Assembly (NCBI RefSeq): GCF_018350175.1
Contig: NC_058368.1
Span: 46,936,001-47,000,000 of the forward strand
Length of the DNA stretch: 64,000 nt
Reading direction: 5' to 3'
Source of the DNA: Felis catus
Lineage: Eukaryota
Shown here: positions 24,543-37,343 of the stretch, one piece after another
Position numbering within the stretch: the stretch's first letter is position 1
Layout of the letters: the number at the start of each line of letters is the position of its first letter
The notes under the pieces: generated by a model
The model's database searches: none
Seen by the model: only the letters and a program-made list of their open reading frames with translations
What the model was told of the DNA's origin: nothing
Translations under genes and position numbers: made by a program

Positions 24543-26179
24543 AAGAACTTAGGCTCCAAAAGCTTACAAAGAGATACTCAATTAGTATTTGCTTAATAAA
24601 TGATTATTGTCGTTTTTCACTCAGTCTTTAGTCTATGCTTAGTATGTAACTACATTACTTTCATCACTTAGCATTACCCACCATTCTATTAATTGAAAAG
24701 GTAAAGAAAATTATATATAGGCATACAATTATATTATGTATAAAATTAATACATATAATTGTGTGAATACCTTAGATATTACTACATATTTAATTAATTG
24801 CTACAATTGCCTAGAGTGGAATGAAAAAAATTCAGTCTTCATATTTTTAAACAAAAAGAAATTATCACTATAGTAAAAGCAGTTGACTTGGCCAGGTATT
24901 TGTAGGGTCCTAATAAAATCACCACTTACTTCTTATGTACTTAATTGTCAATTTTAAAAGGGCAAGATGAAAGGCCTCACACAGCACCCTCCATTTAGGA
25001 AACTTATTGAAATTGATATCCATTTACTTGGAGGAATTGCATTAACTATATTATAAAAGGGATCACAGAATTATGTTAAGAATTATTTCCAACTGCTTAT
25101 TCTTAATTGATTCTATATTAGAAATGGAAAATAAAGAGGATAGAAACACCATCCAACATTTTATCAGTTAGACTATACTACCCAAGAGAAAATTAAAAAC
25201 ACTCATTTCTTTTAAGTTTTTAATCCATTAAAAGTAGTATTGCCATTCAGACATTAAAAATCAGTAAACAATTTCTTATATTTAAAAAAAGAAAGTCTCA
25301 GTGATGTTCTTTTTATAAATCAAAAACACAAAGTAAATTCTTCCTATCAAAATACAAATTCTTAAATCTTTAGGAAAATTGCCATTTTCTTTCCTAAAAA
25401 CACTGCTATGTCATGAAAAACTAGTATGCCATAAGACGATAATCAATTTTTAAACAAATATATTTTGGTCAAATAATTTAGAAAATTCTGGATTAAGCAT
25501 ATTTAAGTAACTTTATTAATTGAATAATTTCACACATCCTACCCCAAACTTACTTGCCCTGATTGTCCTGATTGTCCTGAGGTCAGAACAATCTCCCACA
25601 CTGTCCTTCCCCATTCTCCTTCCCCCACCACACACCAGGATCACGTATCTTGAAATTCACTTATGTTCCAAGATCAGTATAAGTATCATCAAACTCGTTA
25701 ATTGTTTCATGATTATTATTTCTGTAGAACTCCAGCTTAAACCAAGAAGAATTTTTTCCTAACAATAAATATTAAAGTGCAGTAGTTTGCAAATTATACT
25801 ACTCTTTATTTCACCTGAGGTCAAAACAAAAAGAAAGAAATTTGAATCATAGTAATAGAAACTTTTAATAGTTGTAGCAAAAAATTAATGAAAGTCATTA
25901 TTTGCAATTGGTATCAATAGTACTTATATAGAAGACCCTAAAATAGGGCTTTCAAGGTGTAGGTGTTGATAATACTGATTCCTGGCTAGTTCACAGAGGG
26001 AAGGAAATTTTTCTACATTGAAGTTTGGAGGGTTGGAGTGTTAACAAATGCAAACAGCTGAGAGGGGAATCAAATAGAATAATATCTACTACTGTAAAGG
26101 GTGTACCCTGTGCTTCAGTTTCATACCAGGCATAACCCTGTGACACACACGTGTGCGCGCACACACACACACGGGGACT

Positions 26180-26680
26180 TTTACAGGAAAACTCTTTCTA
26201 ACATTTTTTATAAAAGTGAAAAATTGAAAACAACCCAAATTTTCATCATCATGAAAATAGATATATATGTGGCAGATTTTTAAAAATGGAATACTATACA
26301 GCAGGGACTTAGAGATCAATTTTTTATCATTAAAGAAGATCACATACATAATATTGAGCAAAACCATATTACATATCAATATATAATATTTTAATGTAGT
26401 TTGGAAGCATGCAGAATAATGCTATATATGTGTGTATAGTTATAGTTATATGATATCTATAATAAAAATGTAAAAATACCTATGAAAATGCTAAATGCCA
26501 AATTCAGGATAATAGATAACTCTTGGAAGAGTGGGAAATGCAATCAGGGAAAAATAAACCAAGGGCCTCATCTATTTTTTGTAACTTTTCATTTCTTATG
26601 TCATGTGATGGTACCCAGAGATGTTCATTAAGTAAATATAATAACTTTTTATACTGTGTCTGAAATATGTCAAAATTTAA
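26180..26680 (+). mobile_element. Old L1 (L1ME-like) 3' fragment
   Basis: aaaattgaaaacaacccaaat...aatggaatactatacagca, the L1 ORF2 C-terminal/3' UTR motif. Confidence 0.7.
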
Positions 26681-27154
26681 TAAAGCAAAAAAGATATTTA
26701 AGTGAAGCCTATCTTGGGGATATAATAGAAAACTTTAAATGTAACACCATAAGTTCAATATTTGGATGAAATTAACAACAAAGCATTTGGGTTAATTTAG
26801 GAACTTCAGAATATTTAAAACAGAATATTTATGTTTCTTGTCATGAAGTGGTTATAAACATAAATAGCTTATTATATATAAGTTATAATTTATAATATAC
26901 ATATATAGTAAGCTATTTTGTAGCTATACCAATACATAAATGAGTAGTTAAGGCATTGTCCAAGTATACTAACATTTCAAAACCATATCTATGGAAATGG
27001 ATTAAGTTGGGCATATTGTGTCCAGGCCAAGCAGGAGAAAATTCAACTGTCTTCCTCTATCTTTCCAAGATATCAAAGAAATATTGTTATAATCTATACA
27101 TCTCACAAATATTGTCCAATGAATATATTTGAAATATCTATTAAAATAAGTCAG

Positions 27155-27328
27155 TTCTCCCAGTTTGTGAGTTTGAGTCCCACATCAGGCTCTCTGCTGT
27201 CAGCATGGAGCCTGCTTCAGATCCACTGTCCCGCTTTCTCTCTGTCCCTCCCTCACTCACTCTCTCTGTCTCTCTCAAGATAAATAAACTTTTAAAAACA
27301 AACAAACAAAACCAAAACAAAGATAAAA
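27155..27328 (+). mobile_element. 5'-truncated CAN-SINE
   Basis: Starts mid-element. TSD taaaataagtcag at 27142-27154 and 27329-27341. Confidence 0.9.
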
Positions 27329-27459
27329 TAAAATAAGTCAGAGTTACGAATTTTTCTGTTATATAGAGTTTTCTTTCCAAGAGTTTTGGGACTTAAATAA
27401 ATTTTGCATGGTCCCTAAGCTCAATGTCTTGTCCAGGTTCATTCACTTCATTCCTCACT

Positions 27460-29540
27460 TATGTATCCTCAGGTCTCTCTGCTTTCATCACCATGACTAT
27501 ATTAAAATTACCCCTATCAAGACACCCATAGACTTTATCTTATATAAAAATTCATGGTCAATATTCTGCCTTTACATTACTCAACATCCCAGCAGCATTT
27601 GACATACTCTCCTCTGAAATAATTTGAACATTGTCTTTCCTATAATTCAACCAGCATTCATCTGGTTTCCCTCTTGCCACAATGGCCAATCATTCTTCTT
27701 TAGTGCTTCCTCTGTCCTAAACTGCTCTTACGACCTCCATGTGACAAAATCAAATTATTAATTCTCAGTTCTAACCTGTGATGGAATTTTTGTGTCAACT
27801 TGACTGGGCACCAGGATGTCCAGATGTCCAATTAAACATTATTTCTGGATATGTCTGTGAGGGTGTTTCTGGAAGAGATTAGCCATTGAATCTGTGGACT
27901 AAGAAAGGATATTGCACCCCAGTGTGAGTGGATATTATCCAATCTATTAGGGCCTAAATAGAACAAAAAGGCAGAGGAATGGAAAATTCTCTCTGTCTGC
28001 CTATCGGAGCTGGGACATTGATCTTTTTTCTACGCTTGTAATAGAACTACACCACTGATACTCTTACTTCTCAGACCTTTGGACTTAGACTGGAATACAC
28101 AACCAGCTTTCCTGGGTCTCCTGCCTGCAGAGGGTAGATTGTGGGACTTTGCAGTCTACATAATTGCCTGAGCCAATTCCTCATAGTAAATCTTTTTAAT
28201 AAATGTATATGTATACATTAATATATGTGTATTTACTGTAAGGAATTTTATTTCCATATAAATTTTTATGCAAAATATTCTGTATATGTAAAATTTACCA
28301 TATGGATCGATACTTTCTACTTGAAGTACTTTTTTACTTGGTTTTCAAGATAACATACTTTTATGTTTTTTCTCTTGCCTTATTGCCTGCTCCACCTCAG
28401 TTCCTTTTCTGGTTCCTCTTCATGTCCCTAATATCCCTGACTGTGTGCTCATTTCTTTGTCTACGCTTCCTGTCTAGCGACCTAATCTAATCTCATGGTT
28501 TTACATGTCATCTATATGTTGATGACTCTACATCACTATGCTGAGTATTGTCAAATTAGATCTTCAATCTTGCTTCTCAAAGACTAATATCCTACTTGCC
28601 TATATATTTCCACTTTGATATTTAGTAGGCATCTTAAATTAATATAAGTTAATGTAAATATTATAGTTTAGTAGCATAAACAGAATGGTTTCCAACGATG
28701 TCTATACAGCCTCCCCCTGCCTTGCCATTCCCATCTCCATTTATGGTGCCACCTTCTGCCCAGTGGCTCAAGTCATTTGTCATCATCTTTGATTCTTCAC
28801 TTTCCTGAAAACTCTACTTTGAATTTACCATCAAGTTGTTTTGATTCCATTAGCAAAATATATCCTGATTCTGACTATTTTTTTTTACCAACTTCACTGC
28901 CTTGACCCCAAGTCATCAGAATTTATCCCCTTAATGAATGAAACAGCTTATAAAAGTCTTTCAGTTTCCACACCTCAATTTTAGACTCAGGAGCCAATAT
29001 TAACTTTCTAAAGTGTAAATCAGGTCATGTCTCTCCCCTATTTGCTACTGTCCCATAAATGCTTAAAAAATAGAATAAAAATTCTTTACCCTTTACCCTG
29101 ACCCTACATATCTGGCTCCTAACTTACCCTCCAGCACTGAGCTCTGGCCACAGTGGCTTTTTTGCTGCCCCTTTAAACCTCTGAGTTTGTTCTCATCATA
29201 GTACCTTTGCCCTGACTCTTCTAGATACCTCATGTAGATTTTTATGTAGCTGTCTTCTTTTCACAATTCAGATTTCAGCTTCAAAATCTTCAGAATAGTT
29301 TTCTAGGAGCCCCTATTAAAGAACTCTCCATCTGTTTACATTATACTCACACATTTTATTTTCCATTCAGAATTTATTTCCATCTGAAATTATCTTACTT
29401 TTTAAAAAATACATTCACTGTTTATCTCTTTATACTAGAATATAAGCTTTTTGAGGGCAAAGACTTTGTTTTCTTATTTACCAATGAACATCCTCCATTG
29501 CTTAGAACAATGCATGATGCAAACATTTGTTGACTGACTC
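27460..29540 (+). mobile_element. L2 LINE fragments, interrupted by an MLT2 LTR
   Basis: cagcagcatttgaca, tcatggtttt...catctatatgttgatgactc, and 3' end actagaatataagct...gagggcaaagact...catttgttgactga. Confidence 0.75.
27777..28200 (+). mobile_element. ERVL LTR (MLT2-like)
   Basis: tgtgatgg...tgtgtcaacttgactgggc...tgtctgtgagggtgtttctggaagagattagc. Confidence 0.85.
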
Positions 29541-29689
29541 TGAAAACCTCCAAAAGTTACCAAGTGAGTACAAAATCTAATCTCATCCACTTTGGGAGTA
29601 TCTTCTCTCCTCTAACAATGATGTAGGGGCCCTGGGAAGCTTATCAGATATTTACAGAAAGAGACTTCTGGCCTTCAGTGTACATTAAT

Positions 29690-30133
29690 TTGGTAACCAG
29701 ACTCCAAGATGGTCTCCAGTGATCCTCATCTTCTGGAATTCATTTCCTTGTCTAGTCCCCTCCTACATTGTATCTGACACAGTCTGTATGACCAACAGAG
29801 TATAGCAGAAGTGAGATTGGTGACTTCCAAGACAAATCACAGAAGACACTGCCACTTTCATCTTGGATCTTTCTCTCTGTGGAAAGCCAACCACCATAGC
29901 ATGAAGATCCTATGGAGCAGCCCCTATGGAGAGGTCCCAGTGTTAAGGAACTGAAGCCCTAGGAACAGCTCCTCCACCTCCACTCAAGTCTTCAGAAGAC
30001 TGCATCTCTGGACACCATCTTGACTATAAATTCTATCTTGAGCTGGAACTACCCAGTTTGGATGCTCCCAAATTCCTGATCAACAGATATTATAATAAGC
30101 TTTAAAGTTAGTTATACCCCAGCAACTAATACA
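29690..30133 (+). mobile_element. MaLR solo LTR (MLT1F-like)
   Basis: ctccaagatggtctccagtgatcctc...caagtcttcagaagactgca...aactaataca. Confidence 0.75.
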
Positions 30134-30514
30134 ACTAACTAGTTTCTGCTAAACTGTTCCTTTTCCAAGTCCCTAAATTTCTTTGAAGGTGAGGAAATAA
30201 TATAGGAAATAATAATCTTTCTGCATTTGTGGTCTCTCCTCTACTTGGCAGAGGAATTTTAAGCCATTCTTAAAAGGAATTTTTAAGAATGGCTAACATT
30301 CTTAAAATGTTAGCATACCTTTTCTGGCAATTGCTCTACCTCAATGAGCCTAGGATGTTGCAATTAAGAGACAAAGCAAGAGTGTCTTATGCATGTTTGA
30401 CAACTTTACTTTCAGCCCTGTAACACAAAGCTACTAAGCCGGAGAGGCAAAGATCCAGTTTCTTGGGAAGCAAGTAGGGGAAAAAAAGCACACGTAAAAA
30501 AATTCAGTTCAACA

Positions 30515-30668
30515 CACGTAAAATGGAAATTAAAGAATAGTGCCTACTTTATAGGTGTTTTGAAGGGAACAAATGAGAGAATACATATAAGAAAGACATC
30601 ATGCATTTTAGCATGATGACTGATCCGTGGTCAGTGCTAAATAAATATTGGTTATTATTATTATTATT
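30515..30668 (+). mobile_element. MIR 3' fragment
   Basis: gtaaaatgg...cctactttatagg...agtgctaaataaatattggttattatt. Confidence 0.65.
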
Positions 30669-32240
30669 GACTTTTCTTTTGCCTGACTCATTTTTTTTAA
30701 AAATAACCTTTCAATCCACCAAAATAGATTAGTGAAAATAGCATATTATAAACTCCTAACACTACACAATAGCTGATGATTTATATGAGAGAAGTGTTTT
30801 CTAAAACCTGTTATCACAAATTGAGAATAGACTTTTTAATACATACATTTTCAGAGAAAAAAATTAGGCTGAAAATTAACCAAAGGCTATGTTATCTAAA
30901 TTATAATAAGAGATTGTCATCTTAACATATTGAAAACTAGAGAGGGATGAGCAAAAGTCTTAAAATGTAGTAAGAAAGTAAAAGCAGCAAGAGATTGACT
31001 CGAATGTCATTATCTTATTGCCTTTTGGAACTAGAAATGTATTGTTTCTCATATAAAGCAAAGCACTGAAAACTATTTGGCAGCAAGGTTATTATTTCAC
31101 ATATAATTACATCTCATACGGAGGTACATTGGCAGACATGTGGTGGCTAAATTGTCCATTTTCAACTAGAAAAAAGAAATGAAGTTCTTTTTTCACTTAC
31201 ATCAGTCAAGAAGATAGCCGCCCACAGGAAGAGATAAAGACTTATTTGACACTAGATCTATAACCAATGATTTTAGTTATCACTTGAAATTAGTGAGAAT
31301 TTTGAAATAGGCTTAAGATTTTTTGAAGAGCAATTTGGTACCATGGTGAAATAGCAGATGAAATGGAAAAATAAAAAAAAAGAGAAAAGAGAAGATGATG
31401 TTTTCATTCTTCGACTGTGTTTGGGTTTAGGGATTTCTAAAATAGGATTTCTTATAGACAGATAGCCCCTGAAAGCACAGATGTATTAATTTACCATTTT
31501 TGAAAATAAACTAAGCATTTAATTAAATTATCTTCTTTATAAACCAATTAGACAAATCCTGAGTCAATGAATATACTTAAACATTATCCAGGGTGCCAAC
31601 AACTAAGAGTATTATTTATAAAAGCCAGACAACTAAATTCTAACCCTCTAAGCTGCCTGTTCTGAATATTTATTAAATCATCAGCAGAGTTCTGATCATT
31701 GTAATTTTAGATAAGTAGGGTCTGCGGGTATCTGTAATGTAGATGTGATACAAAATATTTACCCACTTGAAAATTTGGAGAAAATGCTATCTGAATCCCT
31801 TTTAGGGAGAGCTCATATCTATGTGAAAGAAATACTTTGGTCAACTAGGTGATGGAGAGCAATATTCCCAATGTTTGTTCAAGTTTTAAAAAGAGCGTCA
31901 GTAAGTTGCTACATAAGAGACATGGAGAGGAATGTTTTTTCTACTTCTGAGATTCAGAAGAAAGATAAGAGATGGAGGTGATAGGAAGAGAGGCTGGAGG
32001 TAACAAGACAGAAGAAGGCGTGCACTATAATGGCATCTCACAAACTCCCCAGGTTTAGTAAGTCAACCATATTCACAAAATGTTGAGGGGACTTGTGTGT
32101 GTGTGTGTGTGTGTGTGCTCGTGTGTGTGCGCGCGCTAATAAAAGATTTGATTTTCAAGGATAAAGGAGCATGTGGCGAAAGGGTTGCAAGAATGTTAAT
32201 AAGCTTCAGAAGATTCTCAAGAATCACAGGGAAAGGTAGC

Positions 32241-32434
32241 TTTGGACGTTCACAGCTCCAAAAACTGAGTTTGAAGTAAGTTTAGGTTGCTCTTCAAAGA
32301 ACAAAGAGGCACCAATCAACTACACAGTGCCTGATGCTGGGGAAATAGTTCTTCCTTACCATCTTTCCGTCATTAGCTAAAGAGTTTTTGTATTAATCAG
32401 GCTTCTTCCTTCACCTTCCACGAATTCTGTAGGA
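32241..32434 (+). repeat. Local 194-bp duplication, copy A
   Basis: Ungapped match to 33521-33714 with 24 mismatches by manual count. Confidence 0.95.
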
Positions 32435-33520
32435 CTTTTTTATCGTATTATTGCTGCCATAATTACATAGTTAGCCAATAGAAGGAGCTATTAGAATATA
32501 AAAGAGACTTTGGAGAAGAAAATCGAAGCAAATAAACAAGAGTAGGACTAAAGAATACAAAGTAAGCCAGTCGAACACTTTCACACCAACTTTGTGCTTG
32601 TTCTAAGAGACTACATTTTCCTCTGACAAGCTTCACATTCTCCAAATCTCTGAAAATTCCCAACTGTTTACATCTCATGGTCACTTTCATTCAGCGTTCC
32701 TCTATGCACTGAGCTCTCAATCTCACCTCCTCCAGTTTGTATACACTGTTCACAACACCAGCTGAGAACACAGACATTTTTTCCTAATCTCTAGGTGGGG
32801 GAGACAGTATATATGTGTAGCACACATGCATATGGAAAATTTTACTGAAGGTTTTGGGTTAATTGAGGATTAAATTCCAGAATCACATAGCATGCCTCAC
32901 CTTGGAATCCTAAACACGCTTGGTCACCAAGAAATGTCACCACTGTACTTTGTGTAGCCATCCTAAGTCTTGCTCAGACTGTCTTCCTCATTCGTACGTT
33001 GTCATCTACTTTGTTCTTTCACCCCTACATTCATCTTATTTTTTACGTGGAAAAGCCCTGATACGTTTTGTTTCAGAGGGTCCCTCCGAACCCTACCCTA
33101 GAAACCCTACTTTCCATTCCAAGCCATCTACACTGAGAACAAATCATACTCTGCACTTAGGGGCAGAATTGTGTTTTAAAGTAGCACAGTAGCCTTTTTT
33201 CCTCTCTTCTACATACAGCTTTTCTGAAGGCCAATGGCAAGACCTGCATTTTTAGTATGTTTCCTTCAGGTCTTCACATTACAGGGTGGCAAGCACAATA
33301 ATAGCTTGTGAAAGCATTAACAAATTCGGGGAACAGATACAGAGAGAAAGAAACATGAATTCTAGTTTCCTTTTTCTAACATAGTTTGTTTTGCTACTTA
33401 TTAAAGGTGAATTATTTGATTTTTTTATATTGTGTTTTCCTCATCTGCAAAATGGAGTTAAAATGACAATATACTGTGCATATCGCAGAGGATGATTTTA
33501 TGCACCAAAAGAAATATATG

Positions 33521-33714
33521 TTTGGATGTTCACAGCTCCTAAAACTGAGTTTGAGGTAAGTTCAGCTTGCTCTTCAAAGAACAGAGAGGCACCATTCACC
33601 TACACAGTGCCTGATCCTGAGGAAATAGTTCTGCCTTTCCACCTTTCCATCGTTAACTAAGCAATTTTTGTATTAATTAGGCTTCTTACTTCACCTTTTA
33701 CTAATTCTGTAGGA
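33521..33714 (+). repeat. Local 194-bp duplication, copy B
   Basis: Ungapped match to 32241-32434, offset 1280 bp. Confidence 0.95.
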
Positions 33715-33922
33715 ATTTCATATATATTTACATACATATGCATATATGAAATTGTATATATATATTCATATATATATTTATATATACATGAAATTGTTTT
33801 GAGAACCGAGATATCTCCCATAAATATTTGGCAATGTTACTAATCTCTAGCTTCCAAACTTCAAATAAGGCTAGTATATAGAGCACATAGCATGTTGTAA
33901 GAATAGAAGTTCTGCTTTTATA

Positions 33923-33960
<38 letters not shown>

Positions 33961-35964
33961 TTAGTAGAACATTATATAAAATACATGGTAGGTTTTTAAC
34001 AAACTTGAGATAATAAAAGGTTTGTAATGTGCACTGGAGGTAACCAGTGGACTTATAAAACAGAAATAAATAAGCATGACCATCTCTGAATGTGACCTTA
34101 GAAACTGTTACCGGTAAGCGACTGCCTCTGTGAATCCAGTTAAATATCATCAGGGAACAAGTCACAGTCACTATTGCGCCCACAAAAATCCAAATTTATT
34201 TCTCCTTTCCTGGCAAAGCAAATAACTAGGTATTCTTTAAGACACAAAGCTCACTGCTAAAATCTGTAAATTATGATAACAAGCAGATTAAGATGACCTC
34301 CATGACAGTCAAATAGTTCTACTTTATTTTTTACCCTGCAAAGCATCTCTTCAGTATCAGTGGCATTTTACTTTGAGATAAAATTTTGTCAGCTCAACAT
34401 TACCTTTTCTTTAATTTTCCCTTGCTATGTTTTGCTAGCTACCTAAGAAGGACAAAGCGGGAACATGAAAGGCCCCATCGTGGCATTTATCTAGGACTCT
34501 GGGATAAAAGGAAAGTTGGGGGTGGCACCCGTCCACAATTCATCATGGATGGTGATGTCTTTATTGGCTACTGACCTTGCAATGAGTTGAATGAGTTATA
34601 AGAAGGTTCTCTGTTACCCCAATCCCTGTTTTCTTGAAGGAGGACATAAATCACTTGAACCTCATGAATTTCTCATATTTACAAAGTAGGCTTCCAAATT
34701 TCCCACAGAGGATGCAGTATAACCACTTATTTTTCCAATTTAAAAAAAATAATTTTTCAGCTTGTTCAGATGTCACATGAGGAGGCTGATGATTGAGAAG
34801 ATCTGACTGAGAGTGACCCGAGGATCCAAGGGTGGGTGTCAGCAAGAAGCCCAGAGCGAAGCGGATAGTTTCCATCATCCCCATTGTGAGGGTGTTTGCG
34901 CTGCTTCTCCTCTAACCTTATGCTTGAAGCAACAATCATGGTAGATTGCCTTCTTCTGTTCCATTAAGAACTGAAGCATGTAATAAATCAAATTCCATAG
35001 TGACGTATCTTGTTTCAGTGGCATGATAAGTTGCTTCTTGGCTGAAATTCAGATGAAGAATATCTGGATTTTGTAACTATATTTCTCCACATTCTCCCTA
35101 AACTTAAAATGTAAGCATTATATGGCGCTCGGAAAAATGACCGAAGAAAAAGAAGAGAGAAGGAGCGCAGCCTTCAGATACGTCAAGAGATCTCAGTGGG
35201 CAAATGCCACAGTGTGAATTTTGAGCAACTTTCCCCATGGATATAGTTATGCTCATGAGGAGAAAAATCGTCAAAATATATTAAGCCTTGCTCTCAAAGA
35301 CTCTATGTAATAAGTGCAAATGTCTAATACTATCACATAGTAACATATCACTGAAAATTTATACTCTATCATGTAGAAAAATATACTTTTACCAACATAG
35401 GACCTCTGAAAAGAAATTGGCCTTGTTTTGTTTCATTAAACACATGAACAAACCTATGTGAACGAACACAGACCATCTGTCAGAGAACTTTCCATCAAAT
35501 GTTAACATTTCAAGCTCCCAAAAAGAATCCAGTCACAGACTAGCGTGAGAGTCCCATTTTGAATGATACTGTATGAAAATATTTAGCCATCGAGGAGATA
35601 ATTTGCAATATTTACTATGAATGATCACTTCTTTGACACACAGAAAGGCACCACAGTGGATATAATTTCACTCTGCTCATAACGTTTCAGTGTCCAGTGA
35701 ACAGGATAAGGACATCTGTGCACCCGGCTTGACTGCATTGCAGCCTAAGAGAAGTGCATCATGACAGGGATAAACTATGCTTTAGTAATGTAGAGCATAA
35801 CATTGGTTCTAATAATCATACAGTTTTCATAATAGGCAAAGCATCCAACCTTAACCTTCAAGAAGAAAGGTAATTTGATATGCAGAACCTGGGAGGCACA
35901 TCAGGCAGTCAGCTAGTAATAGGAAGAACAAAGTCTCAGGGACAGCTGTAGGAAGTGTAATCTC

Positions 35965-36165
35965 TGACATTTAATGAGCACTTACTGTATAGTAAGTACC
36001 TCCCTAAAGCATTCACTTGTTACAACTTACTCATTTTCACAAAAGCTCTGGAAAGGGTGGGTGCTGTTCTTGTCATCCTCATTCAACAAATGACACAGAG
36101 CATGTAAGTAACCTGCTGAAGTGAGTGGTGGCTTTGGTATCCAAACTCAGTCTGGCTCACACCCA
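35965..36165 (-). mobile_element. MIR SINE
   Basis: acatttaatgagcacttactgt...taagtaacctgc...ccaaactcagtctggctc. Confidence 0.7.
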
Positions 36166-36787
36166 TGCTATTTTCAGGAAGGTCAGTGGACCAGCTGGAT
36201 TTTGAGAGAACAGTGGCATAAACTAAATCCATATTGTGGAAGATTTCAGGCAATTAGGAGCCACTGATTATTCTTAAGCAGAGAAATGAGTAAAGAAATA
36301 CTTTAGAAAGACATGTGGTATCAGCGTGAATATTAGATTTGGAAGATTAGCCTATTAGTCAAAGAAACTGGCTAGAACTCTTACAGTAACCGAGGATATT
36401 GTAGGAATGGGAACATGCAATGGTGAAGAAAGATGGGTAACTGTTAGTGTGCAGTCCAATCTTCTCTCAGTGAAAGAATATTTATCCCCCACCCCACCAC
36501 TGGGTTATCTAGACTCGACAGGATGACAGGATAATTCATCAAACAATGTGTTTAGTCTTACTTTCATAGTGAGTTAAGTTGCTTCGTTAGCATAAATTCA
36601 AACCTATGGAGATTATTACTTAATTGCACCAAGGTAATAATACTACGGCTGTATATGACTAGTGACCTGAAAGAATTAATATACCTTTGAAGAATTAACT
36701 GACAGGCATGCAAAAAATCAAAACATTAACACACAAAAACGTTGGGTAAATATTTTTTAATGTCTTGAGAAATACCTACGTTTTTAA

Positions 36788-37000
36788 CTTTTTTTAAACA
36801 TTTATTTATTATTGAGAGACAGAGAGACACAGAGCATGAGCAGGGGAGAGGCAGAGAGAGAGGGAGACACAGAATCTGAAGCAGGCTCCAGGCTCTGAGC
36901 TGTCAGCACAGAGCCCGACGCAGGGCTCAAACCCATGAACTGGGAGATCATGACCTGAGCTGAAGTTGGTTGCCCAACCAACTAAGCCACCTAGGCGCCC
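36788..37000 (-). mobile_element. CAN-SINE (SINEC)
   Basis: Canonical body. TSD tgagaaata(cct/tcc)acgtttttaa. Confidence 0.95.
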
Positions 37001-37128
37001 TGAGAAATATCCACGTTTTTAAAACTTTGGAGTGGCAATTCACTATTGATATCCAGTCAATATGACCTTTTAATGTAATTACAATGGATATTTTGTGTGT
37101 CTTCTTCATTTTTTTAAAACTAAGGTCC

Positions 37129-37343
37129 AGAGCGCCTGGGTGACTCAATCGGTTAAGCGTCTGACTTTGGCTCAGATCATGATCTTGCGGTCCATGGGTT
37201 CGAGCCCCGCGTCGGGCTCTGTGCTGACAGCTCAGAGCCTGGAGCCTGTTTCGGATTCTGTGTCTCCCTCTTTCTGTGACCCTCCCCTGTTCATGCTCTC
37301 TCTCTGTCTCAAAAATAAATAAATGTTAAAAAAAATTTTTTTT
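37129..37343 (+). mobile_element. CAN-SINE (SINEC)
   Basis: Canonical body. TSD aactaaggtcc at 37118-37128 and 37344-37354. Confidence 0.95.

Noticed and set aside
34651..34890. 77-aa minus ORF and a possible plus-strand exon (ttttcAG ~34760 to GTGAGG ~34886)
   Set aside because: The donor is weak, there are no supporting plus-strand partner exons and no homology.
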